Shown here one piece after another: positions 10,377-21,467 of a stretch of DNA of 64,000 nt (within the stretch, counting starts at the first letter, position 1; every line of letters begins with the position of its first letter). Source of the stretch: a virus; IMG/VR virus record IMGVR_UViG_3300050343_000110, one strand, 5' to 3'. The translations under genes and the position numbers were made by a program. The notes beneath the pieces were generated by a model. That model saw nothing but the letters and a program-made list of their open reading frames with translations, was not told the DNA's origin and made no database searches.

Positions 10377-10669
10377 AACCTAACACAATAGTCACACTAG
10401 TAATGACAACAGGAGCCGAAATTATTGGACGGCTCGTAAAAGATGAATTTTCAACAATAGTAATTTACAAGCCTCGCCTAGTACAGGCGACTCAGCAGGG
10501 CGTGGGGCTTGTGAATGGAATAAGCATGACAGGTAAAGAAATCAATGAAGATTTTGAGTTTCCTAAAACATCAGTCGCATACATGGTAGAAACTATGAAA
10601 GAACTTGCAGATGGCTGGACTACACAAACTTCTGGTATTGCAGTTCCAACTCAAGGAATTATAAAGTAA
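10373..10669 (+). CDS. Hypothetical protein (Sm-like small T4-type protein)
   Basis: TGAEIIG and C-terminal TSGIAVP motif. Confidence 0.55.
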   Translation: MKPNTIVTLVMTTGAEIIGRLVKDEFSTIVIYKPRLVQATQQGVGLVNGISMTGKEINEDFEFPKTSVAYMVETMKELADGWTTQTSGIAVPTQGIIK

Positions 10670-11736
10670 TGGTTATCGAAGAAGATTTCAAACTTGACTT
10701 TTCTAATGTATTGATTCGTCCAAAGCGTTCAACACTAAAATCTAGAAAAGAAGTGGATTTATTCAGAACTACAATCTTTAGAAACAGTAAAGAGGAATAC
10801 ATTGGTGTTCCTATTATGGCTGCGAATATGGATGGAGTTGGTACGTTTGAAATCGCAGATGCACTTGCAAAACATAATGTATTTACTTGTTTGGTAAAAA
10901 CATATTCAGTGAATGAACTTGTCAGTTTCTTTGATTGTGAAGATGAGGATTTGAAATATGACAGAAGAGAAAATGTTGCAATGTCTATCGGTGTATCTGA
11001 TGAAGATTTGCAAAAGTTTCGTAATGTTTATGAGTTGACTGATGGGGCTATTAAATACCTATGCGTAGATGTTGCAAATGGATATACTGAAATGTTCAGT
11101 AACTTTATTTATCAATTGCGTTTGAATCATTCAGAACTTGTTATCATAGCAGGTAATGTAGTTACTGGTGATATGACACAGGAGTTAATTCTAAATGGAG
11201 CAGATATTGTTAAGTGTGGGATTGGCCCTGGCAGTGTGTGTACTACTCGTATACAGACAGGAGTCGGATATCCACAACTCTCATCTGTTATTGAATGTGC
11301 TGATGCCGCTCATGGTCTTGGAGGCCATATTATTGCTGATGGTGGTTGTGTATCGTCTGGTGACGTAGCAAAAGCATTTGGTGGTGGAGCAGACTTTGTT
11401 ATGCTTGGTGGTATGTTGTCTGGCCACGATGAAGGTGGTGGGGAATATATATTAGAGGATGATAATCCAGAACCTATAGGAGTTCGATTCTATGGGATGA
11501 GTTCGGAGATAGCAAATGAAAAACACTTTGGTGGACTTAAAGACTACCGAGCTTCTGAAGGAAAAGAAGTCGTTGTTCCCTACAGAGGAAGCATTCATAA
11601 TACTATGCAAACTATTCTTGGAGGCATCAGATCGTCCTGTACTTATGTTGGAGCAAGACGAATAAAAGACTTGACAAAATGCACAACTTTTGTTAAAGTA
11701 TATAATACTCATAACACAATCTTTGGAGATAAATGA
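10669..11736 (+). CDS. guaC: GMP reductase
   Basis: KLDF.NVLIRPKRS, AANMD, DVANGY, GIGPGSVCTTR, FYGMSS. Confidence 0.95.
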   Translation: MVIEEDFKLDFSNVLIRPKRSTLKSRKEVDLFRTTIFRNSKEEYIGVPIMAANMDGVGTFEIADALAKHNVFTCLVKTYSVNELVSFFDCEDEDLKYDRRENVAMSIGVSDEDLQKFRNVYELTDGAIKYLCVDVANGYTEMFSNFIYQLRLNHSELVIIAGNVVTGDMTQELILNGADIVKCGIGPGSVCTTRIQTGVGYPQLSSVIECADAAHGLGGHIIADGGCVSSGDVAKAFGGGADFVMLGGMLSGHDEGGGEYILEDDNPEPIGVRFYGMSSEIANEKHFGGLKDYRASEGKEVVVPYRGSIHNTMQTILGGIRSSCTYVGARRIKDLTKCTTFVKVYNTHNTIFGDK

Positions 11737-12140
11737 TGGATAAAGACTTTCTACTTGACTACACTCGTTTTGTAGATGAGGTGACTAGTGACGCATCTTC
11801 TGATGCACAGTCGTTCTCAGATGCACTTGACGTAATTGATGGGTTTGGTGTTTCGCCAGAACGCATTCTTACTGCCGCAATTGGTATCAGTGCCGAGGGG
11901 GGTGAGTTTGCAGAGATTGTTAAGAAGAGTATTTTCCAAGGTAAACCGATGGATGATGATGCACAGTATCATATGAAACGAGAACTTGGTGATATCATGT
12001 GGTACATTACACAGGCTTGTATTGCATTGGGTATATCTTTGGAAGATGTACTAAGTACTAATATACAGAAACTTGAGGCACGATATCCTGATGGGTTTGA
12101 GGCGTTTCGTTCTGAAAACAGAAAAGAAGGAGATATTTAA
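11733..12140 (+). CDS. mazG: MazG-like nucleotide pyrophosphohydrolase
   Basis: EGGEFAEIVKK, ELGDIMWY, KLEARY. Confidence 0.9.
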   Translation: MMDKDFLLDYTRFVDEVTSDASSDAQSFSDALDVIDGFGVSPERILTAAIGISAEGGEFAEIVKKSIFQGKPMDDDAQYHMKRELGDIMWYITQACIALGISLEDVLSTNIQKLEARYPDGFEAFRSENRKEGDI

Positions 12141-12143
12141 AAT

Positions 12144-13199
12144 ATGGATTTTCTAAAAGATATTGCAAAGACAGCAGGCAACGAATATGCTGCTTTGGTG
12201 AGTGAAGGTGTAGAGGCTGGTGATGTTGATAACTTTATCGACACTGGTTCTTATATTTTCAATGCGTTGTTGAGTGGGTCAATCTATGGTGGATTGCCTG
12301 CGAACAAAATTACAGCAGTGGCGGGCGAGTCGGCCACTGGAAAAACATTCTTTGTGATGGGTATGGTTAAGTCATTCCTTGATGCAAACCCAGATGCTGG
12401 TGTGTTGTATTTTGAGTCTGAATCTGCAATCACAAAACAGATGGTAGTTGATAGAGGTATTGACCCAGAACGTATGGTTATCTTACCTGTAACAACTGTA
12501 CAAGAATTTCGTACACAAGCAATTAAGATTTTAGATAAATACATGGAGACACCAGAAGATAAACGTGTGCCTATGATGTTGTGTCTTGATTCACTTGGTA
12601 TGTTGTCTACTACAAAAGAAGTAGATGATACAAGTGAGGGTAAAGAGACACGAGATATGACACGGGCTCAAGTTCTAAAGGCTGCGTTTCGTGTATTGAC
12701 ACTAAAACTTGGTAAAGCAAAAGTTCCTATGGTTGTTACAAACCATACCTATGACGTTGTGGGTTCTATGTTCCCAACAAAAGAAATGGGTGGTGGTTCT
12801 GGATTGAAGTATGCGGCCTCATCTATTGTCTATCTTTCAAAGAAGAAAGAAAAGGACGGTACAGAAGTTGTTGGTAACATCATCCATTGTAAGAATGCAA
12901 AGTCACGTTTGACTATCGAAAACAAGATGGTGGACGTAAGACTTATGTATGAACGTGGACTTGATAGATACTATGGACTACTTGAACTTGCACTGAAGTA
13001 TGATATCTTCAAATCTGTTTCTACTCGTATTGAGTTACCTGATGGTACAAAGACATTTGGTAAGACTATCAACAATCAACCAGAAAAGTTCTTTACCCCA
13101 GAGATTATGGAACAGTTGGATGCAGTTGCTAGTAAAGAATTCAAGTATGGACAACGTGTAGAGGAAATTGAAGTTGAAGAAGAAACTGAACAAGATTGA
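12144..13199 (+). CDS. uvsX: RecA-like recombinase UvsX
   Basis: [23 protein letters not shown]. Confidence 0.95.
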   Translation: MDFLKDIAKTAGNEYAALVSEGVEAGDVDNFIDTGSYIFNALLSGSIYGGLPANKITAVAGESATGKTFFVMGMVKSFLDANPDAGVLYFESESAITKQMVVDRGIDPERMVILPVTTVQEFRTQAIKILDKYMETPEDKRVPMMLCLDSLGMLSTTKEVDDTSEGKETRDMTRAQVLKAAFRVLTLKLGKAKVPMVVTNHTYDVVGSMFPTKEMGGGSGLKYAASSIVYLSKKKEKDGTEVVGNIIHCKNAKSRLTIENKMVDVRLMYERGLDRYYGLLELALKYDIFKSVSTRIELPDGTKTFGKTINNQPEKFFTPEIMEQLDAVASKEFKYGQRVEEIEVEEETEQD

Positions 13200-13503
13200 T
13201 ATATCAAGAGCATATGTGTATTGTAACGATCAGTCTAAGGAGTGGACAGCCCTTAGACTTACTGCACTTACAGATTATGAAGATGTAATTTTTAAGTATG
13301 GAAAGATTTCAATAGACGAAAATGAAAAAGATGATAATGCTTCTTTACAATTCGACTATGATGTGTTAGTATCACCTAACGTACCAAAAGAAGAATTAGA
13401 GAAAGATATAGAATTTAAGAATGTCATGGGTGATATTCTTATTCATATCTTAGAAGAACAATTACAAAAGGACTCAATGAAGTATGTCAATACAGACGAT
13501 TGA
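13168..13503 (+). CDS. Probable gp40-like head vertex assembly chaperone
   Basis: Lies between uvsX and 41 as in T4; LQFDY motif. Confidence 0.55.
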   Translation: MKLKKKLNKIDISRAYVYCNDQSKEWTALRLTALTDYEDVIFKYGKISIDENEKDDNASLQFDYDVLVSPNVPKEELEKDIEFKNVMGDILIHILEEQLQKDSMKYVNTDD

Positions 13504-14893
13504 AAGAACTACACTAAGTAACTTAGTATACAATGAACCATATGCGAGAAAGGTGCTACCTTTCATCAAACCAGAGTATTTTTCAGATCGTCACGAAAGA
13601 GTTGTATTTGAAGAAATCAATAAGTTCATGGATAGGTATGGTAATCAACCTACGAAAGAAGCCCTATCTATTGAACTTGATAATAGAAAAGATTTGAATG
13701 AAGATGAGTTCAAGTCAGTTCTAACAGTTGTAGAAACACTATCTGATGCACAGATTGATATGCAATGGCTAGTAGATACAACAGAAAAGTTTTGTAAGGA
13801 TAAAGCAGTCTACAATGCTATCCTAAACGGTATTCAGATTATTGAAGGGAAGGATAAAGAACATACTTCAGAGGCAATACCATCTATCTTATCTGAGGCA
13901 CTTGCAGTTGCATTTGACCAGAATGTAGGACACGACTATGTAGAACAAGGTGAAGAACGATTTGAGTTCTATCACAAAATAGAAGAAAAAGTAGAGTTCG
14001 ACTTGGATTACTTTAACAGGATTACCAAGGGTGGACTCCCACAGAAAACTTTGAACATTGCCCTTGCTGGTACTGGTGTTGGTAAATCGTTATTCATGTG
14101 TCACATGGCTGCGTCAACCCTCATGCAAGGAAAGAATGTTCTTTATATAACTTTGGAGATGGCAGAAGAAAGGATTGCAGAACGTATTGATGCAAACCTG
14201 ATGAATATCACAATGGATGACTTACATGAGTTACCCAAAAAGATGTTTACTGACCGTCTATCCAAAATACAAACAAAGACCAACGGAAAGTTAATTATCA
14301 AAGAATATCCTACTGCATCTGCACATACAGGACATTTCAGAAGTTTACTAAAAGAACTGGCACTGAAGAAATCATTTAGACCTGATATTATTTTTATCGA
14401 CTACTTGAACATCTGTGCCTCTTCACGATTCAAGGGGAATGCAAATGTCGGATCATATTTCTATATCAAGGCGATTGCCGAAGAACTTAGAGGGCTTGCA
14501 GTTGAGAATAATGTACCAATTATGTCGGCGACACAAACTACTAGAGGTGGATATGCGAACAGCGACATTGGATTGGAAGATACGTCAGAATCTTTTGGTT
14601 TGCCTGCTACGGCTGACCTCATGTTTGCGCTTATATCAACAGAAGATTTGGAAAGTCTAAATCAGTTGATGGTAAAACAATTGAAGAATAGATACAATGA
14701 TCCAGGCACTAATAAAAGGTTTGTGGTTGGTATCGACAGAGCTAGAATGAAACTATATGATTGCGAACAGGAAGCACAAGATGACATTATTGACAGTGGA
14801 CAAGATGAAGGAGCAGCATTTGATAAAACAACTTTCGGAGTGGGTCTTGGAAAGAGCAAGACTTATGAGAAATTTACGGACATCAAAGTATAA
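13484..14893 (+). CDS. gp41: Replicative helicase gp41
   Basis: AGTGVGKS, TLEM, IDYLNI, SATQTTR, ESFGLP, KNRY. Confidence 0.97.
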   Translation: MSIQTIERTTLSNLVYNEPYARKVLPFIKPEYFSDRHERVVFEEINKFMDRYGNQPTKEALSIELDNRKDLNEDEFKSVLTVVETLSDAQIDMQWLVDTTEKFCKDKAVYNAILNGIQIIEGKDKEHTSEAIPSILSEALAVAFDQNVGHDYVEQGEERFEFYHKIEEKVEFDLDYFNRITKGGLPQKTLNIALAGTGVGKSLFMCHMAASTLMQGKNVLYITLEMAEERIAERIDANLMNITMDDLHELPKKMFTDRLSKIQTKTNGKLIIKEYPTASAHTGHFRSLLKELALKKSFRPDIIFIDYLNICASSRFKGNANVGSYFYIKAIAEELRGLAVENNVPIMSATQTTRGGYANSDIGLEDTSESFGLPATADLMFALISTEDLESLNQLMVKQLKNRYNDPGTNKRFVVGIDRARMKLYDCEQEAQDDIIDSGQDEGAAFDKTTFGVGLGKSKTYEKFTDIKV

Positions 14894-15095
14894 GAAGCCA
14901 AAGTACTTTGTACACAAGAACGGTATATGGTGGGAAGTTGTTGAATTTCCTACTAACGATATTGTGCGTTCTTTTTCTAGAAAGATTGACGCTGAAATGT
15001 TTTCAGAACAACTTACTAAGAATCCACCTTTTGGTGAACGTGGAATACCGAAATTTTTGAAGGGAAATCCTTTACAGGTTGACATTTCTGAATAA
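14862..15095 (+). CDS. Hypothetical protein (start uncertain)
   Basis: Open frame filling the gap after 41; PFGERGIPKFL. Confidence 0.45.
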   Translation, partial: LMRNLRTSKYKKPKYFVHKNGIWWEVVEFPTNDIVRSFSRKIDAEMFSEQLTKNPPFGERGIPKFLKGNPLQVDISE

Positions 15096-15148
15096 TCTGT
15101 TATTATAAATAGTATTGAAATTATTTGTATGAATGGAAACGGTGTAAA

Positions 15149-16534
15149 ATGTCAATCAGAAAGTTTTATCGTCAACTGAATTCAGTTGATACATCTAAAG
15201 TATCGCACGTTGTAAGAGTTCAGAGTTTATACTCTGAATTGACTGAAGCGAATCTGAAGAAAGCTGATATTGCAAAACGTGACAACAAAGCCGTTCTTCA
15301 AGGTATTATTGATAGCAACACAAAAATATCTACAGATGAAGGACAAGTATCAATCAAGTGGATTGACAATGCATTAAAGGTTGCGTTTGATAACGATGAC
15401 TTTGATACTGCATTTCCATCAGGCAAAGCATCATTCACTGCATCTAACGGCAAAACTCTCAGAATTACACAAATAGAAAAGACTGCCGAGTTTGGTGGTG
15501 GTAAAGGTTCTGGTGGGGGTTCTTCTGGAACTCGTGCTGCTGAATCTGCACAGTGTGTATATTGTCAAGCAATCTGGAACAACCCCAAAACAGACTTCAA
15601 TATGTTAGAACTTCAGGCTGCATACGCACAAGTAAAGGTGGATGCAAGTTGGGAAGAGATTCAAAACCTATCAGATGATTGGGTTGTATCTTCTATTTCT
15701 GTTGCAAAAGGATTGTATAAAGCGCTTGGTAGAAACACATATAGTTTTCACAGAGGTTCAGAGTTTGTAGATATGATTGAAGGTTTGTTCAAGAATTCTG
15801 GACAGACTTACTTTACAAATGTAAACAAATGGACACCAGCAGATATTTGGATGGTACAGGATACCAAACTTAGTAACTATGATTTTGGTGGAAATAGTGG
15901 AAGCCCTGCACTTCCTTACATCAATCAAGAATTGTTGAAGGCATATGCCGCAAGAGATATCATGGGCGTATCTTTGAAGAAAACAACTAAAGTAAAATTC
16001 AAACAGATTAATTATAAGAAACCATTTAAGGCTCCAAGATACACTAATAAGTCTTTGGGTAAGAGAAACTTCTTTGCATCAAAGGACGGTTATCTTTTCG
16101 GTGCGAGTGGTTTGGAGATGCAGTTTAGAACCTTCCCAGCATTTCAGGCAGAGATTATTGGTGGTAAAGCGAAACACGGTAAACTTAGTGGAGACAGTGG
16201 AATTTCTAGTCCTATCGGTAAAGTTTTACAGGGCGCTGGTGTAAGAGAGTTTCCGGCCAGAAGCGATATTACTAACATGATTAGTAGAGAAAACGATAAG
16301 TTTTTTGAAATGTTTTATGCAGAGTATTTGAATGCTGGTGAAGATAGTAAAGTAACACTTGACGATTTCAAAAAACAACTATCAAAGAAAGATAGTGGTT
16401 GGTTAGAGTCAAAATATCTTGTCACATTTTTATTTAATAGAATAAAAGGTGCAGAACAGAAGTTCTTAGAACTTGCATATAGATATGCAAAATCCGAATC
16501 AGAAGATTCGTGTGTACACTTAAAGGCGATGTAA
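15149..16534 (+). CDS. PD-(D/E)XK nuclease-like late protein
   Basis: AAE...KWTPADIW...GVSLKK pattern; downstream of TATAAATA at 15104. Confidence 0.55.
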   Translation: MSIRKFYRQLNSVDTSKVSHVVRVQSLYSELTEANLKKADIAKRDNKAVLQGIIDSNTKISTDEGQVSIKWIDNALKVAFDNDDFDTAFPSGKASFTASNGKTLRITQIEKTAEFGGGKGSGGGSSGTRAAESAQCVYCQAIWNNPKTDFNMLELQAAYAQVKVDASWEEIQNLSDDWVVSSISVAKGLYKALGRNTYSFHRGSEFVDMIEGLFKNSGQTYFTNVNKWTPADIWMVQDTKLSNYDFGGNSGSPALPYINQELLKAYAARDIMGVSLKKTTKVKFKQINYKKPFKAPRYTNKSLGKRNFFASKDGYLFGASGLEMQFRTFPAFQAEIIGGKAKHGKLSGDSGISSPIGKVLQGAGVREFPARSDITNMISRENDKFFEMFYAEYLNAGEDSKVTLDDFKKQLSKKDSGWLESKYLVTFLFNRIKGAEQKFLELAYRYAKSESEDSCVHLKAM

Positions 16535-17780
16535 TGATAAATTTTAGTTCATTTCTTACAGAGGACAAGGGTGGAAAGAACCTACACCTAGAACATATTG
16601 AGGATGAAATCCTTAACTATGGTATTTCTGGTGGACGGGCTTCAATTAACTTTGTTCGCTCTCTACGAGATATGCTTGCTGGTGCATCACGTTCATCAAT
16701 AGACATGACTGTAAAGTGGGATGGAGCTCCTGCAATATTTGCTGGTATTGACCCTGCCGATGGTAAGTTTTTTGTTGCAAAGAAATCAGTATTCAATATA
16801 GAACCAAAACTCTATAAGTCAAATGCAGAGATTGATGCAGATGGATTATCTGGTGCATTGAATAGCAAATTCAAAGTTGCACTTGCAGAGTTTTCTAAGT
16901 TGGGTATTACAGATGTTCTTCAAGGTGACTTGATGTTTACTGATGATGTATCTACAGAAACTATTGATGGTAAGAGTTTTCTTACATTCCAACCCAACAC
17001 TATTGTATACGCAGTAGATGTAAATTCGGATTTGGGTAAGAAAATTGAAAATGCAAAGATTGGTGTCGTATGGCACACAACATACAAGGGTGCAGAACTA
17101 CAGGATATGAAAGCATCATTCGGTGCAAACATTAGTGGACTGCAATCTCCATCAACAGTATGGATGGATGATGCGACATACAAAGATGTATCTGGTAAAG
17201 CCACAATGACTGAAAAGGAAACATCTGCTGTGACAGCATCTTTATCATCTGCTGGTACAACATTCAGAAAGATTAATTCCACCCTGTTAACATCCTTTAT
17301 GAATATACAAAATACATTCACTGGAAACTTATCTGGAGCCTCTCTCAAGACTTACAATAATAGTAAGGTAAGAAAGGGGGAGACTATTAAGAATCCATCT
17401 GCTCATGCAAAGGGGTACTTAAAATGGGTAGAAGATGCATTTCAAAAGAATATAGACAAACTCAAGACCCCCTGCTCGTAAACAGGACTTGGAAAAAAAG
17501 AAAAAAGAAACTGTTCGTGAACTTGCAAAACACACGAAGAATTTGACTAGTATTATTGAGTTTCAGAACCACATTGTAGATGCAAAGATGGGGGGTCGTA
17601 AAGAAACTAAATACTGTTAAGAGCATTGGAACTTTCATCAAAACCGCCAATGGGTTCAAAGTTGTAAACCCAGAAGGATATGTTGCAATTGATAGAGTTA
17701 CAGGTGGTGCAGTTAAACTGGTGGATAGAATGGAATTTAGTTTCAATAACTTTACTGCAATAAAGGCATGGGATAAATGA
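16534..17780 (+). CDS. DUF6267-type protein with ATP-dependent ligase motifs (frameshifts near 17466 and 17590)
   Basis: NLHLEHIED, TVKWDG (motif I), QGDLMF (III), PEGYV (IV), VKLVDR (V). Confidence 0.7.
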
Positions 17781-19727
17781 TAAAGTTTTCAGAAATAAGA
17801 GAAGCTCGTGGTGACACTTGTGTATTTACCTTTGGTAGATTCAACCCACCAACGACAGGACACGAAAAACTATTAGATGCTGTTGCGGCACAGGTAAAGA
17901 AAAATCCTGGCGCACCCTATTATGTATTTGCGTCACACTCTGAAAACCCAAAGAAAGACCCTCTTCCATATGTAAAGAAGGTTGCATATATGAAGAAGAT
18001 GTTCCCAAAACACGCAAGGAACATTGTTGTAGATAAGGCAAGAAATGTATTTGAGATTGCAGTCTCATTACACAACAAAGGACACAAGGCAATCGTAATG
18101 GTTGTTGGTTCAGACAGAGTTGCAGAGTTTGATAAACTACTGAACACCTATAATGGTGTAGAAGCAAAACATGGTTTCTATGGTTTTGACAACATCGAAG
18201 TTGTATCTGCTGGAGAAAGAGACCCAGACGCAGAAGGTGTTGCTGGAATGTCTGCATCTAAGATGAGAGCCGCAGCATCTGCTGATGACTTTGACCAGTT
18301 CAAACTTGGTTTACCTAATGGTTTCAAACAGGGTATGTCTCTATTCAAAGATGTTCGTAAGTACATGGGTATTCGTGAATCATTTATTACGCACCAAGTA
18401 CAACAGACAGAAGAAGATGTGATTCGTGACTTGTATGTTGAAGGTAAAATCTTTACTATTGGTGAAGAAGTAACAGATACTTACAGTGGAGTAACAGGAA
18501 AGATTATTCGCAGAGGAACAAACTACGTTACTTTTGTAACAGAGGATGGCACATCATTCAAGAAGTGGTTGTATGAACTAGAACTAGCAGAAGATTGCTG
18601 GCCAGGATTTAAACAAGTTGGTATGAAAAAGAAGAACGGTAAAGACGTACCGAATTGCGTACCAGTTGGTGAAAAACAAGACAAGGACATTGATGATAAG
18701 AAGGGAACACAGCCTGCCAAGTATTTTGCAAAAGATGCTGAGGGTGATGAAATGGCAAAGTCTACAAAGGACAAGAGAGATGCTCATTTCAAAAAACAAG
18801 CGAAAAAGGATGACGATACTAAATCTGCATACAAACCAGCGCCAGGCGATGCATCTGCAAAAACTAAACCATCAAAGTATACAAACAAGATGAAGAAGAT
18901 GTTCCCAGACTTGTACAAAGAGATGGTAGATGAGAGTGCAACAAAGTCACTACAGAAGAAGGCAGATGCCTCTGGTATTTCTCTTGGTATTCTGAAGAAG
19001 GTATTCGATAGAGGTATGGCTGCATGGAAGGGTGGACATCGCCCAGGCACAACTGCTGTTCAGTGGGGCCATGCAAGAGTAAACTCTTTTATCTCAGGCG
19101 GCAAGACAAGAACTACTGGTGATGCAGATTTGTGGAAACAACACAAGGGTAAGAAAGAGACTTATGAGATTGGTAAAGACTATGCAGACCCATACTCGTA
19201 AGATTACACCGTTTCAAGAACACAGTTCATGTTGCGATGACTGTGCAGAAGAATCTAATCTAATTGAATCTAATGTATATCGTGTAGGTTCAGAAAAGTA
19301 TTATGAGTTCTTCCAAGAGAAAAGAGATGAATATAATATTGGAGTTTACACCCCAACAGGTTTTGATAAAGAACTGATGGAAGGTGATATTGGAAAGTAT
19401 GATATGTATCAAGGAAACCATGTTCCACTTGATTGTCCTATGATTGAAGAAAAAGATGTGGAACTAAACAAACCTAAAGTCGGTGGGCCTAAGAAGTACT
19501 ATGTGTATGTCAAAGACCCAAAGACAGGTAATGTTAAGAAGGTTACATTCGGAGATACGAGTGGACTGAAGGTTAAGTTGGATGATAAAGAGGCAAGAAA
19601 AAGTTTTGCCGCTCGTCATAACTGTGACCAACAAACAGACAGAACCAAGGCTGGATATTGGAGTTGTAATCTTCCAAAATATGCCAAACAACTTGGTTTG
19701 AGTGGGGGAGGCAATTTCTTTTGGTAA
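17777..19727 (+). CDS. HxGH-class nucleotidyltransferase (cytidyltransferase-like) multidomain protein (frameshift near 19187)
   Basis: FGRFNPPTTGH, VGSDR, GMSASKMR, followed by several small modules separated by acidic x-x-E linkers. Confidence 0.8.
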
Positions 19728-19996
19728 AACCTTATACTGAATCTTATGACAACGGTTTGATTATCAGAGAGTTTAAAGAGGATGTTGACAGTGAAGAACT
19801 GGTATGGCATAGAGACAAAAGAACAAGAGAGATAACAATTTTAGAGGGTAGGGGTTGGCAATTACAACTAGACAATCAATTACCTAAAGAATTACAACAA
19901 GGACTTTTATACACCATCCCAAAGATGGAGTATCACAGATTAATAAAAGGTACAGGGAAACTTGTCGTAAAAATATGGGAAGAAACACATGACTAG
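19721..19996 (+). CDS. Cupin-like hypothetical protein
   Basis: WHRD...E...YHRLIKG metal-binding pattern. Confidence 0.55.
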   Translation: MVKPYTESYDNGLIIREFKEDVDSEELVWHRDKRTREITILEGRGWQLQLDNQLPKELQQGLLYTIPKMEYHRLIKGTGKLVVKIWEETHD

Positions 19997-21467
19997 ATAT
20001 ACAAAAACTATGACAGAGGCCCTGCAAGAGATTCGTGAGGGGTTCTCATCAAAACAAATTAAAATGGCAATCGGTGTTGCATCAGATAAAAGATATGCTG
20101 GTGGAAACATGACAGGTGCAGTGGACGCTATTGAGAAAATCAAAAAAGGATTGTCTGACCATCCTCAAGTCGCCGCAGTTCTGAAAAGACAGAATGAAGA
20201 TCTGGAAGAAGAACTAGAACTTACTGAAGCAAAAATATCTAAAGAACTTGCAATTAAAATTTTGTCAATGAGGAAGGATAAAAAGTTTGTAAAGGTTTCT
20301 GGTGATTTTGTTCCAAAAATTTATTTGAGTGGCAACGATAAAGATGCATTAAAAAAAGAATTTGGAAAACTGCCTAGAGGACTACCTAGCGCAACATCTG
20401 GTATGTCAGTTGTATCAATGATTAACTATGCACTTGGTAGTAAAGATGGTCGTGACCCAATTGACACAGAGGACGGCGACAGTCAATCACCAAAATTAAT
20501 TAGTTGGAATAAAGGTGGTAAAGTTATTGGTAAACCAAGAACTGTAGGTGACGCAGTTAAAATTGCTGGTGTTAGAATGGAAAGTGTTGAAAGTGCTGAA
20601 CTTGATGAAGGTAAGATGAAAGACCGTCTAATGAAGGCACAAGACCTCATGGGCCCATCTAAAAATAGAGAACAGGGTATCGAATTTGTGATGAAAGGTT
20701 TAAAGGTTTCAGAGAAGGAAGCAACTAAACTTGTTGATGCAGTTCTAGATATGGTTATGAATAATGAAGTTGAAATTGATGAAATGAAAATGAATGACCC
20801 TAAGTTGAATAAAATATTCGACAAACTCAAAAAGGGTGATACTGTCAAACTCAAGACAAGTTCTACTATCAATCAAGGTAAAGACTTTGTAGAGTATATT
20901 GTGAAATCAAAGAACACAGTAAACAAAGGCAGAGTTGAAAAGATTACTCTTGTTACTAAAGGTAATGAGAAGGCAGTCAAGAAGTTTCTATACAAGAGAG
21001 ATGGCCAAGTAACATTTGCTATCGGTGATATGGGTGCATCTATTGATGATATCAAAGAAGAAAATCTTGATGAAGGTAAGGCTTATAAGTTTGCCGCTGT
21101 AGATAAAAAAGGATTGGTTATTGGATTTGCGTCTGACGAAAAAGATGCAAAGGATATGGCAAGAAGAAACAAGGGTAGAGTTGTTACTCTAACAAAACCT
21201 CTTCCAGATAACAAGAAGAGTGACATGATGGTTAATCGACCATTGCCAGACAAGATGGACAAGTTCCCAACCAATACGAGTGCAACTCAAGGTAAACGTA
21301 TGGGTGAAGAAGATGAAAAGAAAATGGACAAACCAGATTCTGCTAAAGAGGTAGAACAGGGGCGTGATGATAAGAAGAAAACTCGTATCGCTCAGTTGCA
21401 GTTGCAAATTGCAAAGGCAACAGAAACAATTAATAAACTAAACACACAGGAGAAACCAAATGCCTAA
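19989..21467 (+). CDS. Probable internal head (virion) protein, multi-module
   Basis: Lys/Glu-rich; repeated L/I-x-E linkers (LTEA, LDEG, IDEM, LDEG). Confidence 0.55.
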   Translation: MTRYTKTMTEALQEIREGFSSKQIKMAIGVASDKRYAGGNMTGAVDAIEKIKKGLSDHPQVAAVLKRQNEDLEEELELTEAKISKELAIKILSMRKDKKFVKVSGDFVPKIYLSGNDKDALKKEFGKLPRGLPSATSGMSVVSMINYALGSKDGRDPIDTEDGDSQSPKLISWNKGGKVIGKPRTVGDAVKIAGVRMESVESAELDEGKMKDRLMKAQDLMGPSKNREQGIEFVMKGLKVSEKEATKLVDAVLDMVMNNEVEIDEMKMNDPKLNKIFDKLKKGDTVKLKTSSTINQGKDFVEYIVKSKNTVNKGRVEKITLVTKGNEKAVKKFLYKRDGQVTFAIGDMGASIDDIKEENLDEGKAYKFAAVDKKGLVIGFASDEKDAKDMARRNKGRVVTLTKPLPDNKKSDMMVNRPLPDKMDKFPTNTSATQGKRMGEEDEKKMDKPDSAKEVEQGRDDKKKTRIAQLQLQIAKATETINKLNTQEKPNA

